Origin: Octopus sinensis
Lineage: Eukaryota
Direction of reading: 5' to 3'
DNA: 22,283 nt
NCBI RefSeq assembly: GCF_006345805.1
Contig: NW_021836963.1
Span: forward strand, 1 to 22,283
Part shown: piece after piece, positions 21,210 to 22,283 of the stretch
How the letters are laid out: each line of letters opens with the position of its first letter
Position numbering within the stretch: position 1 is the first letter of the stretch
Made by a program: the position numbers and the translations under genes
Notes under the pieces: model-generated
Told to the model about the DNA's origin: nothing
Database searches by the model: none
The model's input: the letters and a program-made list of their open reading frames with translations, nothing else

Positions 21210-22199
21210 CTAGCATTATGACCCGTCGTTGCCGGATCATAGTGCTAGTGCATGTATATATATGTACATATTACATGTACATCTATATATATACATCTAC
21301 ACATAAAATACAAAATACAAAGTTATATCTTGATATCGCTAGTGATAACAATACTCAAAATATATAACAGACTGGAATTGTAGGCTCGTGTCCTCCCTCT
21401 TGTATAGAAGTGTGGCTACAATCCAGCCTACCTCTACTTCTGGGTGGGGGGACATTTTCAATTTTTATCCGAGACGTCCTACGTCCTAGATATAAAGGTA
21501 AAAATAAAATATTTCCACTTTGCAAGGTTCGAGTCGAGTACTACCTTGTACACTCCGTTGACTCGAACCTTGCTTCTATTGTGGCGAACTTACCGCCTCT
21601 GGTTAGATATATTTCATCGTCGCACCAAGACACTTTTCGATGGTGCTTTCCTCCAGGTGTTCAAATCTTTTTTTCTCTACATTGTATACTTATAGACAAT
21701 AGTATTTTCTTTAATTTAATTTTTAATTTCGTTTGGTGGTGTTATCCTAGATTCACCGTCTTTGTCGGTGATCAATCCGTATTTCTTCCATTTTAATTTC
21801 AATGAGTTCGCGCCCGCCGACGGTTGCAGCAAAATTCATTTTTGGACTTTCTTCTATCGAAGGCATTCTAAAAAAAATGCTTCCGTATAAACGGTGAAAA
21901 TATTATCAATTTCCCCAAACAGGGACACAATTCAATTTTTAAACAATAATCAAAGCTCCTTCTCACAAAGGGAGAGGGTTCCGGTTTACAATTATCTAAC
22001 AAATGCAACACAACAATGTTTCCTTTACGAGGAACCAACAAACGTGATAACAATAGTTAAACAGTAATAATAATAACAACAAACCTTACGGTGAATCAAA
22101 AAGCAGTACGCAGTTGAAGTCATTTATGAATGAGAAATAAACCAACAGGAGCGGCTGTTCGAGAAAACAGATATTACATACAGCCAAACTTCATATAGA
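21210..22199 (-). mobile_element. Probable non-autonomous Helitron (~990 bp)
   Basis: Minus strand begins A|TCTATATGAAG (22200|22199) and ends CCGGCAACGACGGG-TCATAATG-CTAG|T (21210|21209): 5'-TC, a GC-rich hairpin ~8 nt before the 3'-CTAG, insertion between A and T, no TSD. Confidence 0.6.
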
Positions 22200-22283
22200 T
22201 ACTTAATGCTAGCTAATTAGCAGATAATCTAATGTAAAAGCCGTGGTAAAGGGTATTGCACACTTCAATCTGGACTATTCCAT

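Noticed and set aside
21410-21796. 128-aa ORF inside the putative Helitron
   Set aside because: GTG start, no Rep or helicase motifs, and an unremarkable composition.

Overview
Eukaryotic, AT-rich, microsatellite-saturated non-coding DNA (intronic or intergenic). The SINE sequences and repeat landscape match what I recall of octopus (coleoid cephalopod) genomes; that assignment is inference, not a search result. I recognise no intact cellular gene. Nearly all supplied ORFs are translations of (CA)n, (TA)n, (GATA)n or (GA)n tracts. Supportable content: (i) a decayed, internally deleted AcademX-type DNA transposon ORF on the minus strand (~13.37-15.63 kb) whose XPG/PIN-like nuclease half is still an open frame; (ii) an internally deleted DD37D (maT) Tc1/mariner element (2849-3456, minus); (iii) two tRNA-derived SINE families in several copies; (iv) two copies of a ~180-bp Penelope-LTR-like repeat carrying a minimal type-I hammerhead-ribozyme fold with a variant core; (v) a ~1.1-kb imperfect inverted duplication with a TTAA-flanked Kolobok-like MITE in one arm; (vi) a 207-bp foldback element; (vii) a probable ~990-bp non-autonomous Helitron with a palindromic 3' end; (viii) a tRNA-like pseudogene; and (ix) one candidate 75-bp coding exon. 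I found no convincing wholly new system. The best leads are the variant hammerhead, the long hairpins and the selectively intact Academ nuclease frame.
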